From: a virus
Taxonomy: Duplodnaviria; Caudoviricetes
Length of the DNA stretch: 44,246 nt
Direction: 5' to 3' (one strand)
IMG/VR virus record: IMGVR_UViG_3300037791_000001
Coordinates: 1 to 44,246 of that record
Position numbers and translations under genes: made by a program. Shown piece by piece: positions 8,173 through 16,936 of this stretch (positions are counted from its first letter, which is position 1; the number at the start of each line of letters is the position of its first letter). The notes beneath the pieces are model-generated. The model was given only the letters and a program-made list of their open reading frames with translations. It did not search any database and had not been told where the DNA came from.

Positions 8173-10958
8173 CAGTTGCCCCCTACAGTGACTTCGGGCG
8201 CAATGGCCAAGATCGTCAGCGGCAGCGGGGATCGCTGCTCAATCACGACGCGCTTATCTTTGCTCCAGTCGCCCTTGAGCGTGACGTTCACATCCTCGGT
8301 GACCATGGGCAGGGGCTGCCCGTAGCCGCTGGGCAAGCCGAACTTGGCCTCACGCATCAGGTCGGTGCTGGGCCCGGTCCACAGGCCCATGGTGCGCTCG
8401 ACCTGCACCGTCAATCGGCTGACGTTCAGCGCGCGCTTGTCGATCATGCTGCGGCTGCCATAGGTCGAGATCGGCAGCGTGATCATCTGGCAGGTGTAGG
8501 GCAGGCCGACGTGCACGCGGCTGGCAGGCGTGCTGAGCGTAATCGAGCCGCCGGTGACGGTCAGCCCGGTTTCGGCGTAGCCGTTGGCGGCGGCCACCAC
8601 CTCTGCTCCCTCAAGGTGAGACAGCCCGGACAAGGTGGTGACCGCCTTTCTGGCCGCGCCGCCGGAAGAGTAAACGGCGAAGCCAGAACCATCATACCCA
8701 GAGCCGTTCAAGTACAGCTCAAAGGTATTCGTCGTGGCGTTTGCCACCGTGAAGCCCGTGCCGGTGTAGTCGGCAGACGCCACTTCGCGTCGGGTGTTGC
8801 TGTTGGAGCGCTCGAGCACGTCTGAGATGTCGACGGTGTCGCCATTGCTCAGGCCGTGCGCAGGAGCGGTGACGACCACAGGGTTGGCTGCGGTCATGTT
8901 GGTGATGGTGATTGGCACATCAAGAGACAGGCCAGCGTCAACGCAGAAGGCGTCCTGCAGGTCGGCGAACTCGCGCTCGTCAAGGCGCTCGACGAACTGC
9001 TTGACCGTGCCGTTGATCGTGCGGCGCACAAGGAAATAGGGGATGTCCTTGTCGAACTCGCGCACCACAGCGACGCTCTTGAAGTCGCCCTGCGTCGTGG
9101 CGCGGGTCCAAGCATAGACCTCCTGCTCGTTCTGGTACGTCAGCACCAGCGCGGTGCCATCATCGCGCACCAGCCAGATCAGGTCATAGGGAGATGGGGC
9201 GAATGACCAGTCGACGATCTGGTTGTAATCCAGCAGATGGCGCGCCAGCACCGTGATGTCGCGACCCGTGAACTTGTCGGTGGCGAACTCGTAGGACAGC
9301 TCGCGGATGAAGTTTCCGGGGGCCATGTACAGCGCAAGGTCGCCAGCCACGATCGGGCGCAGGGCCGTCGAGCCGTAGTAGCTCTGCGGCTTGATGTTGA
9401 TCGTCGACGGCGTGAAGGCAGCATCGCCCGCGCCCTTGACCCTGAACTCTGCTCCGGTGGTCAGCAGCACGAGGTCGCTCAGAGGGATGATGTGGCGGAT
9501 CTCGTTGATGCGCCGAGCCGCCAGCGTGGCGATGATGGCGTCATCATCGCGCAGCGGCGTCGAGGTGGCGAAGTTGTAGAACACGCCGGTCTGCGTCATC
9601 CAAAAGCGGTTCGGAAAGGCGTCTGAGTTGGCGTAGATTTGCCGCTGCTGGAAGAAGCCGGTGGTGCTGGGCCAGAACCCGGCACCCTCTTCGAACGGAT
9701 TGACCGCAAGCGGCGCGGTGTCGCCGGTGTCGGCCTCGATGAAATCATCGTTGAAGGTTAGGTCATCGGTGCGCCCGAGGAAGCCGTACAGGCCGCTGTT
9801 GTCGGCCCGGTAGACGTTGTAGGTGTCCGCGTCCGCAGCGGCGGCCCATGTGATGGTGGGGTCCCATGCCTGCGCTGTGGCAGGCGTCGTGACGAATGCT
9901 GTACGCATTGTGCCGCCGCTGGCATAGGCGGTGTAGCCCGTGCTGTCGATCGGCGCGCGGCTGGTGCTCATCAGCTCGATGGTCGTGCTGCTGGGCGCGT
10001 CGAGGACAAGGTAGCGGCGGGCATTGAGCTCGGTCATGCCGACGATGCTGTCGATGTAGATCTCGTCGCCATAGTCGAGATTGTGCGCAGAGCCGAACGT
10101 GACCACAGCCGGGTTGGCCTGCGTCACGCCGGTGATCGCCAGCGTCGCGTTGGACAGGGCCGACAGGCTCTCCTCAAAGGTGTCGCGGTTGTTGGCGGTC
10201 ACCTTGTACTTCAGGGTGTCGCCGTTGACCGTCCATGTGCCGCCGCTGGTGTACGCGGTAAAGCCGGTGCTGTCTGTGCCCTCGAGACGGAAGCTGTTTC
10301 CGTTGATCGCGGTGATGCGGTAGGTGTTGCCGTTGACTTGGGTCATACCGACGACGCCGGTGATCTCGATCTCGGCACCGGTCGACAGCCCGTGGCTGGT
10401 CGAGGTGACCACAGCCGGGTTGGCCTGCGTGATGCCGCTGATGCCGCCGCTCTGGGTGTAGTTGTTGGTCAGCGCCAACGCGGTGGGCGCGACTTGGCTG
10501 GGCGCGAACGAGATCTCGGTCAGCGTCCAGTTGGTGTTGGTGATGCGAACCAGCTCGCGGGGCGCATAGTTGGGGTGCACGATCGTCATGACGTCGCCGC
10601 TCTGGGCGAACTCGAGCGTGAACAGGTCCGCTGCAAGGTAAGGCGTGACGATCTCGTACGGAGAGCCACCGCTCAGGATCTGGCCGCCGTAGGTGTAAAA
10701 GCGCATGTACTGCTCGCCAAGCTCGAGGATGTAGGTCTGCTCGGTGTTAAACTCGAAGGGGATCAGGCGCGTGGTGCCGGTGGTCTTGGCTTGGGCAACG
10801 AACTTGAGGCCGGGGCGGCTTTCCATCCCACCCGTGACCCGAACGAAGAAGTTTTCAGCGCGCTCAACAGCGACGGCGCGCTTCGACAGGTCGACGCGGG
10901 CAGCTACTGACGGGGATACTTCACCACCGGCAAAGCTGGGCTGAATGAGTTTTGCCAT
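8172..10958 (-). CDS. Tail tubular protein B / nozzle (T7 gp12/BPP-1 Bbp13-like) with three FCCH-like inserted domains
   Basis: QPSFAGGEVSP N-terminus, RLIPFEFN, FFQQR, VHVGLPY; three (I/V/M)T(Q/A)ANP(A/V)VVT...H(G/N)L repeats. Confidence 0.9.
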   Translation of the reverse strand: MAKLIQPSFAGGEVSPSVAARVDLSKRAVAVERAENFFVRVTGGMESRPGLKFVAQAKTTGTTRLIPFEFNTEQTYILELGEQYMRFYTYGGQILSGGSPYEIVTPYLAADLFTLEFAQSGDVMTIVHPNYAPRELVRITNTNWTLTEISFAPSQVAPTALALTNNYTQSGGISGITQANPAVVTSTSHGLSTGAEIEITGVVGMTQVNGNTYRITAINGNSFRLEGTDSTGFTAYTSGGTWTVNGDTLKYKVTANNRDTFEESLSALSNATLAITGVTQANPAVVTFGSAHNLDYGDEIYIDSIVGMTELNARRYLVLDAPSSTTIELMSTSRAPIDSTGYTAYASGGTMRTAFVTTPATAQAWDPTITWAAAADADTYNVYRADNSGLYGFLGRTDDLTFNDDFIEADTGDTAPLAVNPFEEGAGFWPSTTGFFQQRQIYANSDAFPNRFWMTQTGVFYNFATSTPLRDDDAIIATLAARRINEIRHIIPLSDLVLLTTGAEFRVKGAGDAAFTPSTINIKPQSYYGSTALRPIVAGDLALYMAPGNFIRELSYEFATDKFTGRDITVLARHLLDYNQIVDWSFAPSPYDLIWLVRDDGTALVLTYQNEQEVYAWTRATTQGDFKSVAVVREFDKDIPYFLVRRTINGTVKQFVERLDEREFADLQDAFCVDAGLSLDVPITITNMTAANPVVVTAPAHGLSNGDTVDISDVLERSNSNTRREVASADYTGTGFTVANATTNTFELYLNGSGYDGSGFAVYSSGGAARKAVTTLSGLSHLEGAEVVAAANGYAETGLTVTGGSITLSTPASRVHVGLPYTCQMITLPISTYGSRSMIDKRALNVSRLTVQVERTMGLWTGPSTDLMREAKFGLPSGYGQPLPMVTEDVNVTLKGDWSKDKRVVIEQRSPLPLTILAIAPEVTVGGN

Positions 10959-10961
10959 GCA

Positions 10962-11558
10962 TCAATTCCTCGCAGTGATCCAAGTGGCCTCAGCGGGGCG
11001 CACAGCCTCGAAACCCTCGTTGGCGTCGGTCGCCTGCGCCCTGCCGATCTCGATGTCGGCGAGGGTCTTCATGTCCGACATGATCGAGCGATCTCCGGTG
11101 ATCGGCAGCGCGATGTACTGGGCGATGCGATACGCCAGCGCGGTGGTAAATTGGGGGTCAAACTGCTGCGGGTCTGTGACCTGCTTGGTGTACTCGATCG
11201 TCGGCTCGCTCTCGTTGCACAGGATGACGTGCACGTCGGCGCTGTTGCGCGCGGTCTCGAACCGGATCGGGGGTTGGTTGTCGCCCAGTGGATTGACGAT
11301 GCGGATGATGCGCAGAGCGTCGCTGGGGTAGGTGTACATGTAATCCCAGTTGGGCGGTACAGCGCCCGCCAGAGGGGCGGGCGTTGCGTATTTGCGAGCA
11401 AACTTCCATGGGTGCTCCCGAAGAACCATATCGCGCACGTTGTCGAACACCAGCTTGACCTGTTCGGCCTCTGGCGATGCCTCGTTCAGCGACGTGATGT
11501 CGAAGCGGTCGCCGAGATGCTGGAGCGCGAGGCGCGCGATCTGGACTTCGGAGCTCAT
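10962..11558 (-). CDS. Tail tubular protein A / adaptor (gp11-like)
   Basis: SEVQIARLALQHLG...HPWKFA...YTYPSDALRI; position before the nozzle gene. Confidence 0.85.
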   Translation of the reverse strand: MSSEVQIARLALQHLGDRFDITSLNEASPEAEQVKLVFDNVRDMVLREHPWKFARKYATPAPLAGAVPPNWDYMYTYPSDALRIIRIVNPLGDNQPPIRFETARNSADVHVILCNESEPTIEYTKQVTDPQQFDPQFTTALAYRIAQYIALPITGDRSIMSDMKTLADIEIGRAQATDANEGFEAVRPAEATWITARN

Positions 11559-11561
11559 GGC

Positions 11562-11882
11562 TTACTCCTCGGAGCTGGGCTTGCGGCGCGAACGCACCGG
11601 GGGCCGACGGTTGCCTTCGATGGCGGTCGTTGGGGCTTGTGCTCGCTTGAGCTGCTCCTCATCGACCACCTTGGGCTTGATGGGCTTGGCCTGCTCTTCC
11701 TCTTCAAGGATCTCCTCGAGCTTGGCTTTGTCCTCGATGACCTCTGCAGAGGCAGGCAGCTTGCCTTCGGCTGCAAAGAAGTCGGGCAGGGAGTAGACGC
11801 GACCGGCGTTCTTTCCGCGACCCATACGCCCGAAGGCGGGGTGGTAAAAGCCGACTTTGTCGAAACGTACGTTGATAGGCAT
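11562..11882 (-). CDS. Hypothetical virion-module protein
   Basis: ORF MPINVRFDKVGFYHPAFG... with GAGGA upstream, between the cement and adaptor genes. Confidence 0.7.
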   Translation of the reverse strand: MPINVRFDKVGFYHPAFGRMGRGKNAGRVYSLPDFFAAEGKLPASAEVIEDKAKLEEILEEEEQAKPIKPKVVDEEQLKRAQAPTTAIEGNRRPPVRSRRKPSSEE

Positions 11883-11907
11883 GGAGTGTTCCTCTTCCAC
11901 AGGATGG

Positions 11908-11931
11908 CAGGCGGGCCCGTAGGCCCGCCTG
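11908..11931 (-). terminator. Stable hairpin (cUACGg loop) after capsid/cement genes, no U-tract
   Basis: CAGGCGGGCC-TACG-GGCCCGCCTG on the minus strand. Confidence 0.55.
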
Positions 11932-11936
11932 TGTTA

Positions 11937-12404
11937 TCAGTTCGAAGCGTCCGGGTACGCTTTCCACTTCGCCACGTCCTTGGTCAGGAACGCATTGATT
12001 GCGCCTGCCGTGGTCGTGGTCGTCGCGGTGATGCACAGGATGCCGAGGTACTGCTCGTAAGCATTACCTTCCATCGGCAGCGCGACGGCTGCGATGGTTG
12101 CACCTGCGTCCAGCGCGTTGGCGTCGTCACCGTCGGTGACGAAAGTGCCCGTGTCGAAGTGCACCGTGGCAGAACCATCAGTTGCGATGGCTGCTTGTGC
12201 ATCCGACACCAGCTGGAACTTGACCGTACCGGCAGCACCGCCGGTGATGATCGAAGTGTCGCACTGGATGACGAGGTAGATCGGTTCACCGTTGCCGATG
12301 TCCCGGGCTTCCTGCAGGTCAATGACGTCGCCGATGAGGGCGGTGCCGGCGGATGCCGCAACGCTGGTCGCATCGGCGAACTCGAGAAGTTCATCAAGGA
12401 TCAT
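11937..12404 (-). CDS. Capsid cement/decoration protein (Bbp16-like)
   Basis: MILDELLEFAD...VIDL...DIGNGEPIYLVI...GAINAFL, directly after the major capsid gene, SD AAGGAG. Confidence 0.85.
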   Translation of the reverse strand: MILDELLEFADATSVAASAGTALIGDVIDLQEARDIGNGEPIYLVIQCDTSIITGGAAGTVKFQLVSDAQAAIATDGSATVHFDTGTFVTDGDDANALDAGATIAAVALPMEGNAYEQYLGILCITATTTTTAGAINAFLTKDVAKWKAYPDASN

Positions 12405-12425
12405 GTCAGATCTCCTTTCTCAGGC

Positions 12426-13424
12426 TCACACAACGCGAGCTTCGTTGATGGAAAGAGCATCCACCCGACGGATCGGATAGCCACCCCACGAGGTCTGCAT
12501 CGTGCCGCCAACCATTTCCATGGTCAGGGTCGAATTGGCGACCTTTTCGGAAGTCTGACGACGCAGGAACGCGAGCATCTGCTTGTCCATGTACCAAGCG
12601 CAGCGACCGAACGAGGGGTTCGGGATCTCCGTCAGTGCACGGTGCATCAGATCGTTCAGGTCTGCACCAGTTGTCAGGTCTGCCGTCAGCAGCGAGCGAT
12701 CGATGTTGGCGATGCGTACGACATAGCGCCAGTCACGAACCGAGAGGCCCGCATCCCAGCGATAGTGCGTACGGTACGCCTGCATGCGACCGTTGTTGCC
12801 GTCTGCGTCCTCGATGGTCACTTCACCGAGATCGCGCTGCTGCAGGCCCGCCGCCGAGCCCTTCGGCACGATGCCGTGGCAGGTGTTGGGCGACCAGCAG
12901 ATGAGCCAGATCGAGGCGTTGTCCGAGCCGGTTCCGCCGCCCTCAATGATGTTGTCGCCGTTCTCGGCGGACTTGTCATTGTAGCGGGGAGCGAAACCGG
13001 TGAACTCTTCGGGGGCGGTGGTTTCATCGCCGTAGAAGAGGGTGTCCGCGATCTCTTGGTTCATGCCCTCGATGTGGGGGCGGTCTTCCTGCAGACGGAA
13101 GGCAGCGGGGTCACCCGCCATGTCCACGAGGGCCTTGTCGACCTCCGCGTAGTCTTCCAGCATGCCGCAGGTGTCCGTCACTTGGACCGCACGGCTCTTG
13201 GTCGGCTGAACGCCGCCGTAGAGCTTACGCCAAGTCGGGGTCGGGAGACCCGAACGGATCGACGACCGGTGACCGGTAGTCAGGTTGCCTTCGAGCCAAG
13301 TCATGTCCGCAAGGATTTCGTTGGTCTCGTTCAGGATCTCGACAACATCTGCGATGGTGCCGTCGGGATCAGTGACCTTCGCAAGATCTGCGAGGGTGGG
13401 GTTTTTGACGCTAAGTGTGGCCAT
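12426..13424 (-). CDS. Major capsid protein (BPP-1 Bbp17-like, HK97 fold)
   Basis: NPTLADLAK...EILNETNEIL...RSGLPTPTWRKLYGGV...FYGD...PEEFTGFAPRY...DWRYVVRIANID. Confidence 0.93.
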   Translation of the reverse strand: MATLSVKNPTLADLAKVTDPDGTIADVVEILNETNEILADMTWLEGNLTTGHRSSIRSGLPTPTWRKLYGGVQPTKSRAVQVTDTCGMLEDYAEVDKALVDMAGDPAAFRLQEDRPHIEGMNQEIADTLFYGDETTAPEEFTGFAPRYNDKSAENGDNIIEGGGTGSDNASIWLICWSPNTCHGIVPKGSAAGLQQRDLGEVTIEDADGNNGRMQAYRTHYRWDAGLSVRDWRYVVRIANIDRSLLTADLTTGADLNDLMHRALTEIPNPSFGRCAWYMDKQMLAFLRRQTSEKVANSTLTMEMVGGTMQTSWGGYPIRRVDALSINEARVV

Positions 13425-13441
13425 TTTGGGCCCTCCTTGTG

Positions 13442-14107
13442 TTACGCCGATTTGTCAAACATGGACGGGTACATCCGCTTCAGTGTCCCTTCCGTTTGCG
13501 GGGCAGCGTCGCCCTGCAGCAGGCCGGGGTCAGCGATTGCTTTGCCCACGCGGTTCAGGAAGCGCAGCACCGCGGGGTGGTTGCCGATGGCTAGTCCGTT
13601 CGGGTTTTCGGGGCTGGGCGATTTGAGCAGCGCACGCAGATCGGGGTCGCCGAACTGCTTGATTGCGCTTTCCGCGACCTTAAGGTTCTCGGCAAACTTT
13701 TCGCCGCCGATCTCCTTGTCAGTCTTGGCGCTCTTCCGCCACTCCTCGACCTGCCGGTCCCAGCCTTCAACAGCCACATCGTTGAGCTGCTGCGCGCGGT
13801 TGATGTCGTACTCAATCAGCGACTGATACTGTTGTTGTGTCAGCCCCATCTCTCGTGCCGTTTCGGCAAACGCATCAATCCTGCCCTTGGTGTCCTCGTC
13901 TAGTTCGAGGCCCTCGGGCGGCTCGAAGGCGTACTGCTCTGGTACACCCTCACTTCCACCGCTCTCGTCGTCCGACAGCAGATCGGCGGCATCCGTAGCG
14001 CCTGCATCAGCAGGCGCGGAAGCATCGGCAGCGGTGGTGTCAGCTGCCGTGGCTTCGGTTGTTTCTGTGGTGTCGGCGAGTAGATCGCCGCTCGTCTCTT
14101 CAGTCAT
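13442..14107 (-). CDS. Capsid scaffolding protein
   Basis: Acidic N-terminus, PEQYAFEPPEG, GNHPAVLRFLNRVGKAI, C-terminal MYPSM; immediately upstream of the major capsid gene. Confidence 0.8.
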   Translation of the reverse strand: MTEETSGDLLADTTETTEATAADTTAADASAPADAGATDAADLLSDDESGGSEGVPEQYAFEPPEGLELDEDTKGRIDAFAETAREMGLTQQQYQSLIEYDINRAQQLNDVAVEGWDRQVEEWRKSAKTDKEIGGEKFAENLKVAESAIKQFGDPDLRALLKSPSPENPNGLAIGNHPAVLRFLNRVGKAIADPGLLQGDAAPQTEGTLKRMYPSMFDKSA

Positions 14108-14124
14108 CGTTTCGTCCTCTCTTC

Positions 14125-14418
14125 CTAATCGTCGAAGTGGTTCTCTTCGAGCATCAGCATGTACTTGGCCTTCGCCTGTGTTCGGATCTGCTCGCGCAGA
14201 GCCTCGCCCACAGACCGGGCCCCCTCGTTGAAGGCAGTGCTGTCACTGTCGCCCGGGATGTGACTGAGCCTGCCTACATGACAAGTACCATAGATCAGCT
14301 CGTACAGGAAGCGACGCCCGCGCGGCTCTTTGAGGACGTAGTCTAGATCGCGCTGGCGATCGGCCTCGTCCTTCTCCGCTTTGGCGACCTGTGCCGGATC
14401 TGATGCATCGTACGTCAT
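14125..14418 (-). CDS. Conserved small protein between portal and scaffold (Bbp19-like)
   Basis: PRGRRFLYELI...TAFNEGARSVG motif. Confidence 0.75.
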   Translation of the reverse strand: MTYDASDPAQVAKAEKDEADRQRDLDYVLKEPRGRRFLYELIYGTCHVGRLSHIPGDSDSTAFNEGARSVGEALREQIRTQAKAKYMLMLEENHFDD

Positions 14419-16151
14419 ACGGTCGTGCCTCCACCTTGCAGCAGTGCAGTGAGGGCGTTCGGGTTCTGGGTGTCAGCTTCAGACAGCACCTTGGCTGCCT
14501 GCGCGCCTTGCTGCAGCTGCATCATCTGTTGCTCTGCCTGTTGTGCGTCTGCCCGCTGTTGGCGGATCTGCGCCACAGCGTCGGCATCGCGCAGGATGTC
14601 GGGGCTGGTGCCAAGGATCTCGCCATAGCTGCGGATGGCTTCGTCCGCGTCGAGGTTGTCGACGATCTCGGGGAACACGGCGCTCAGGTTGCCGACAAAC
14701 GAGAACGTGCGCTCGATCGAGGCAGCTGCGACTGCCTCCTGTGCCTGTGCCAGCAGCGAGATGTACTTGACCTCGAGGTCGACGCCTTCGATCGCGGGCG
14801 GTGGCGGTGGCAGCATGCCTGCCTCGAACGCGAACAGGAACACGTCCTCGATCAGCGGATCAAGGAACTCGGTGTTCAGGCGCTGCAGCACCGGGCCCAG
14901 CAGCACGAGCTTCTCCTCGTGACGCTCGGCGACCTCGGTGGCGGTCATCATGCGCCGATCACTGTTGATCATCATGGCGAACAGGTCAGCGTAGAAGCCG
15001 CGCTGGATGCGGTTCTGCACCTCCTGAATGTCCATCATCAGCTCGTTGACGCGAGGCTGCACGGTGTAGGCGGGCTGGAAGCCCTGCGTGCCCTGCTGCG
15101 GGTCGACGTAGGTCGTGCCACCCGGCAGCACAGTCGACGGCTTGCCCTTGAGGCTGAGGCTGCCGACCATTGGCGGGTTGACCATCTTGTCGATCGCCTG
15201 CGCCTTGCGCTTCTGCTCGTGCTGCAGCTGCTTGATGTCGCCGAGCTGTTCCATGCCGGGGCTGACGCCGTAGACGTCGCCGCCCAGCACATCCCAGCGC
15301 GGGCAGTAGGCGGGGAAACGATCGAAGCCGCCCTCTTGCAGCAGCTTGTCGCCGTCTGCGCCCTTCTCCATGTAGACGTCCATGAACGCCTTGTTCTTCG
15401 GGTCGAGCGGTCTGGTCAGGTCGCGCTCTTCCATGCGGCGCGGCTGGATCATGTGGATGACCTCGATGCGCTCGTCGTAGTTCTTGCTGTCCCACAGGCG
15501 CTTCACAGCGCGCGAGACGTTCGACCAATCCTCGCTGCCGTCGCGCTTGATCACGAACTGCTCGACGATCTGCGACACGCTCATCGTGAACTCGCGGCCC
15601 AAGGTGTCGACCTCGCCGAACTCGTTCTCGGCGATGACGTATTCGCCAGCGGTGAACGGGCGGAACGAGACGATGTCGGTGGGGTGGCGGCGACGATACA
15701 GAGCTGCGGTGCCGAACGCACCCAGCTCGGTGTAGATCGTCGATGCGGTGTTGTAGAAGTTCGACCGGGTCAGGAGCGTGCGGATGATGCGCTCAACCTG
15801 ACCGATCCAGTCCTTGACGCCTGCCGCGTCCATCATCTCGGGGTCGGGCGTCTGCAGGCGGAACCATGGGCGAGCTGGGCTGGTCATGCCGCTCATCATG
15901 CCGGCAGACAGCGTGCGGAGCGATTGACCGCCGGTGTTGTCGACGATCTTGGTGCTGCGCTTGCGGCCCTTGGTGCTCTGGCTCTCGATCAGGTACCGCC
16001 CACGCCGTGGGATCAGGTAGTCCGAGATCTCGATCCAGTGCGATCGCCAGCTCGAGCGGTCATCCTCGAGGCGTTTCCAGCGCAGAAAGATCGCGCCTCG
16101 CTTGCCCTTGAGCGAGCTGTTCATCAGGTTTTCTGGCGTCTGCGCTACCAT
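14415..16151 (-). CDS. Portal / head-to-tail connector (T7 gp8/Bbp21 type)
   Basis: GMTSPARPWFRL, YGVSPGM, MTATEVAERHEEKLVLLGPVLQRL, YISLLAQAQ. Confidence 0.95.
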   Translation of the reverse strand: MVAQTPENLMNSSLKGKRGAIFLRWKRLEDDRSSWRSHWIEISDYLIPRRGRYLIESQSTKGRKRSTKIVDNTGGQSLRTLSAGMMSGMTSPARPWFRLQTPDPEMMDAAGVKDWIGQVERIIRTLLTRSNFYNTASTIYTELGAFGTAALYRRRHPTDIVSFRPFTAGEYVIAENEFGEVDTLGREFTMSVSQIVEQFVIKRDGSEDWSNVSRAVKRLWDSKNYDERIEVIHMIQPRRMEERDLTRPLDPKNKAFMDVYMEKGADGDKLLQEGGFDRFPAYCPRWDVLGGDVYGVSPGMEQLGDIKQLQHEQKRKAQAIDKMVNPPMVGSLSLKGKPSTVLPGGTTYVDPQQGTQGFQPAYTVQPRVNELMMDIQEVQNRIQRGFYADLFAMMINSDRRMMTATEVAERHEEKLVLLGPVLQRLNTEFLDPLIEDVFLFAFEAGMLPPPPPAIEGVDLEVKYISLLAQAQEAVAAASIERTFSFVGNLSAVFPEIVDNLDADEAIRSYGEILGTSPDILRDADAVAQIRQQRADAQQAEQQMMQLQQGAQAAKVLSEADTQNPNALTALLQGGGTTV

Positions 16152-16160
16152 GGTGATCCC

Positions 16161-16256
16161 TTACTCTGCCGACAGCGACGGCTTGGGCGGCGGAGGCGTG
16201 GTGTCCTGCGCCTTGGCCCGCTCGGCGATCGCTGCGTTGGTTCGTTGCTGTGCCAT
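16161..16256 (-). CDS. 31-aa hypothetical peptide (MAQQRTNAAIAERAKAQDTTPPPPKPSLSAE)
   Basis: ATG overlaps the upstream TGA (TGATG) and the ORF fills the gap before the portal gene. Confidence 0.5.
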   Translation of the reverse strand: MAQQRTNAAIAERAKAQDTTPPPPKPSLSAE

Positions 16257-16522
16257 CACTGCCCCGTCAAGGTCTTGAGGGCCCGCTGGGTGTCGCTGAC
16301 GCTCAGGCCTTGCGCGCCCCCGACGTTGCGAACGCTGCCGCCGACGCCCTGCTGCATGCGACCACGACGGCTGGCGTCGGCGCGGGCCCGGCTGGTCATC
16401 GCGTCCTGCATCGTCGGTGCAGGAGGCGGTGCTGCCGGAGGCGGGGGAGGCGGCGGCGGCGGTGCAGAGGCGCGGCCTCCACCAAAGCCGGGAAGGGTAA
16501 GGCAGATCAAAAGGCGTTCCAT
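16256..16522 (-). CDS. Pro-rich small pre-portal virion protein
   Basis: SD AGGAG, poly-Pro tract, C-terminal KTLTGQ typical of pre-portal proteins of this phage group. Confidence 0.7.
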   Translation of the reverse strand: MERLLICLTLPGFGGGRASAPPPPPPPPPAAPPPAPTMQDAMTSRARADASRRGRMQQGVGGSVRNVGGAQGLSVSDTQRALKTLTGQ

Positions 16523-16893
16523 GGCTGCTCCTGTGGCTTGTGCCGGATGAGATGCTGACGAAGCTGCCAAGGCGTCAAGGCCCACGAATGAATGCCGCAG
16601 ATCGTCTTGGTCAGGCCGACGCAGTTGTTCAAAATGAACGGGCCCGGCGTGCGCCGTGCCTTGCGTTCAATCGCGATGACCTCTTTGCCTTGGTCTCGCA
16701 GGTACTGCACGAGCGGGTAATCCGGCTCGCACAACACGGTCGTGACGTGGCCCTCGAGCCGCAGGTCGTGACCGATCCACGAGTGCGCGCGCTCGTCGAT
16801 GACGGCGCACCAGACGTGCCGATAGCCCCGCTTCAGCAGGCCGCCGAGGGGGTGCAGATTGTTATGTTCAAAGATCACAAGCGCGTCTGTCAT
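16507..16893 (-). CDS. Permuted papain-like (NlpC/P60-type) protein
   Basis: GYRHV ... NNCVGLTK ... LTPWQL gives the His-before-Cys order of permuted papain-like folds. Confidence 0.55.
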   Translation of the reverse strand: MTDALVIFEHNNLHPLGGLLKRGYRHVWCAVIDERAHSWIGHDLRLEGHVTTVLCEPDYPLVQYLRDQGKEVIAIERKARRTPGPFILNNCVGLTKTICGIHSWALTPWQLRQHLIRHKPQEQPWNAF

Positions 16894-16899
16894 GGCGCG

Positions 16900-16928
16900 A
16901 AGATACACGACGGGCCTTGACATGTCGA
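16900..16928 (-). promoter_or_regulatory. Candidate sigma70-type promoter giving a leaderless mRNA for 16893
   Basis: TCGACA-17 nt-TATCTT, then 6 nt to the ATG; no SD. Confidence 0.4.
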
Positions 16929-16936
16929 GATCAGCC

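Noticed and set aside
12405-12430. T7-style frameshift or readthrough extension of the major capsid protein
   Set aside because: Two close in-frame TGA stops and no slippery sequence; the next gene has its own SD.
11151-13826. 891-aa plus-strand ORF and other long antisense ORFs (14391-16550, 2479-3453, 20371-21732, 24700-25815, 28217-29506, 39299-40459)
   Set aside because: They are shadows of well-supported genes on the opposite strand, caused by high GC3 codon bias; no SD and no recognisable motifs.
16425-16465. G-rich repeat as a contingency locus or G-quadruplex
   Set aside because: Explained by the poly-proline tract of the pre-portal protein on the minus strand.
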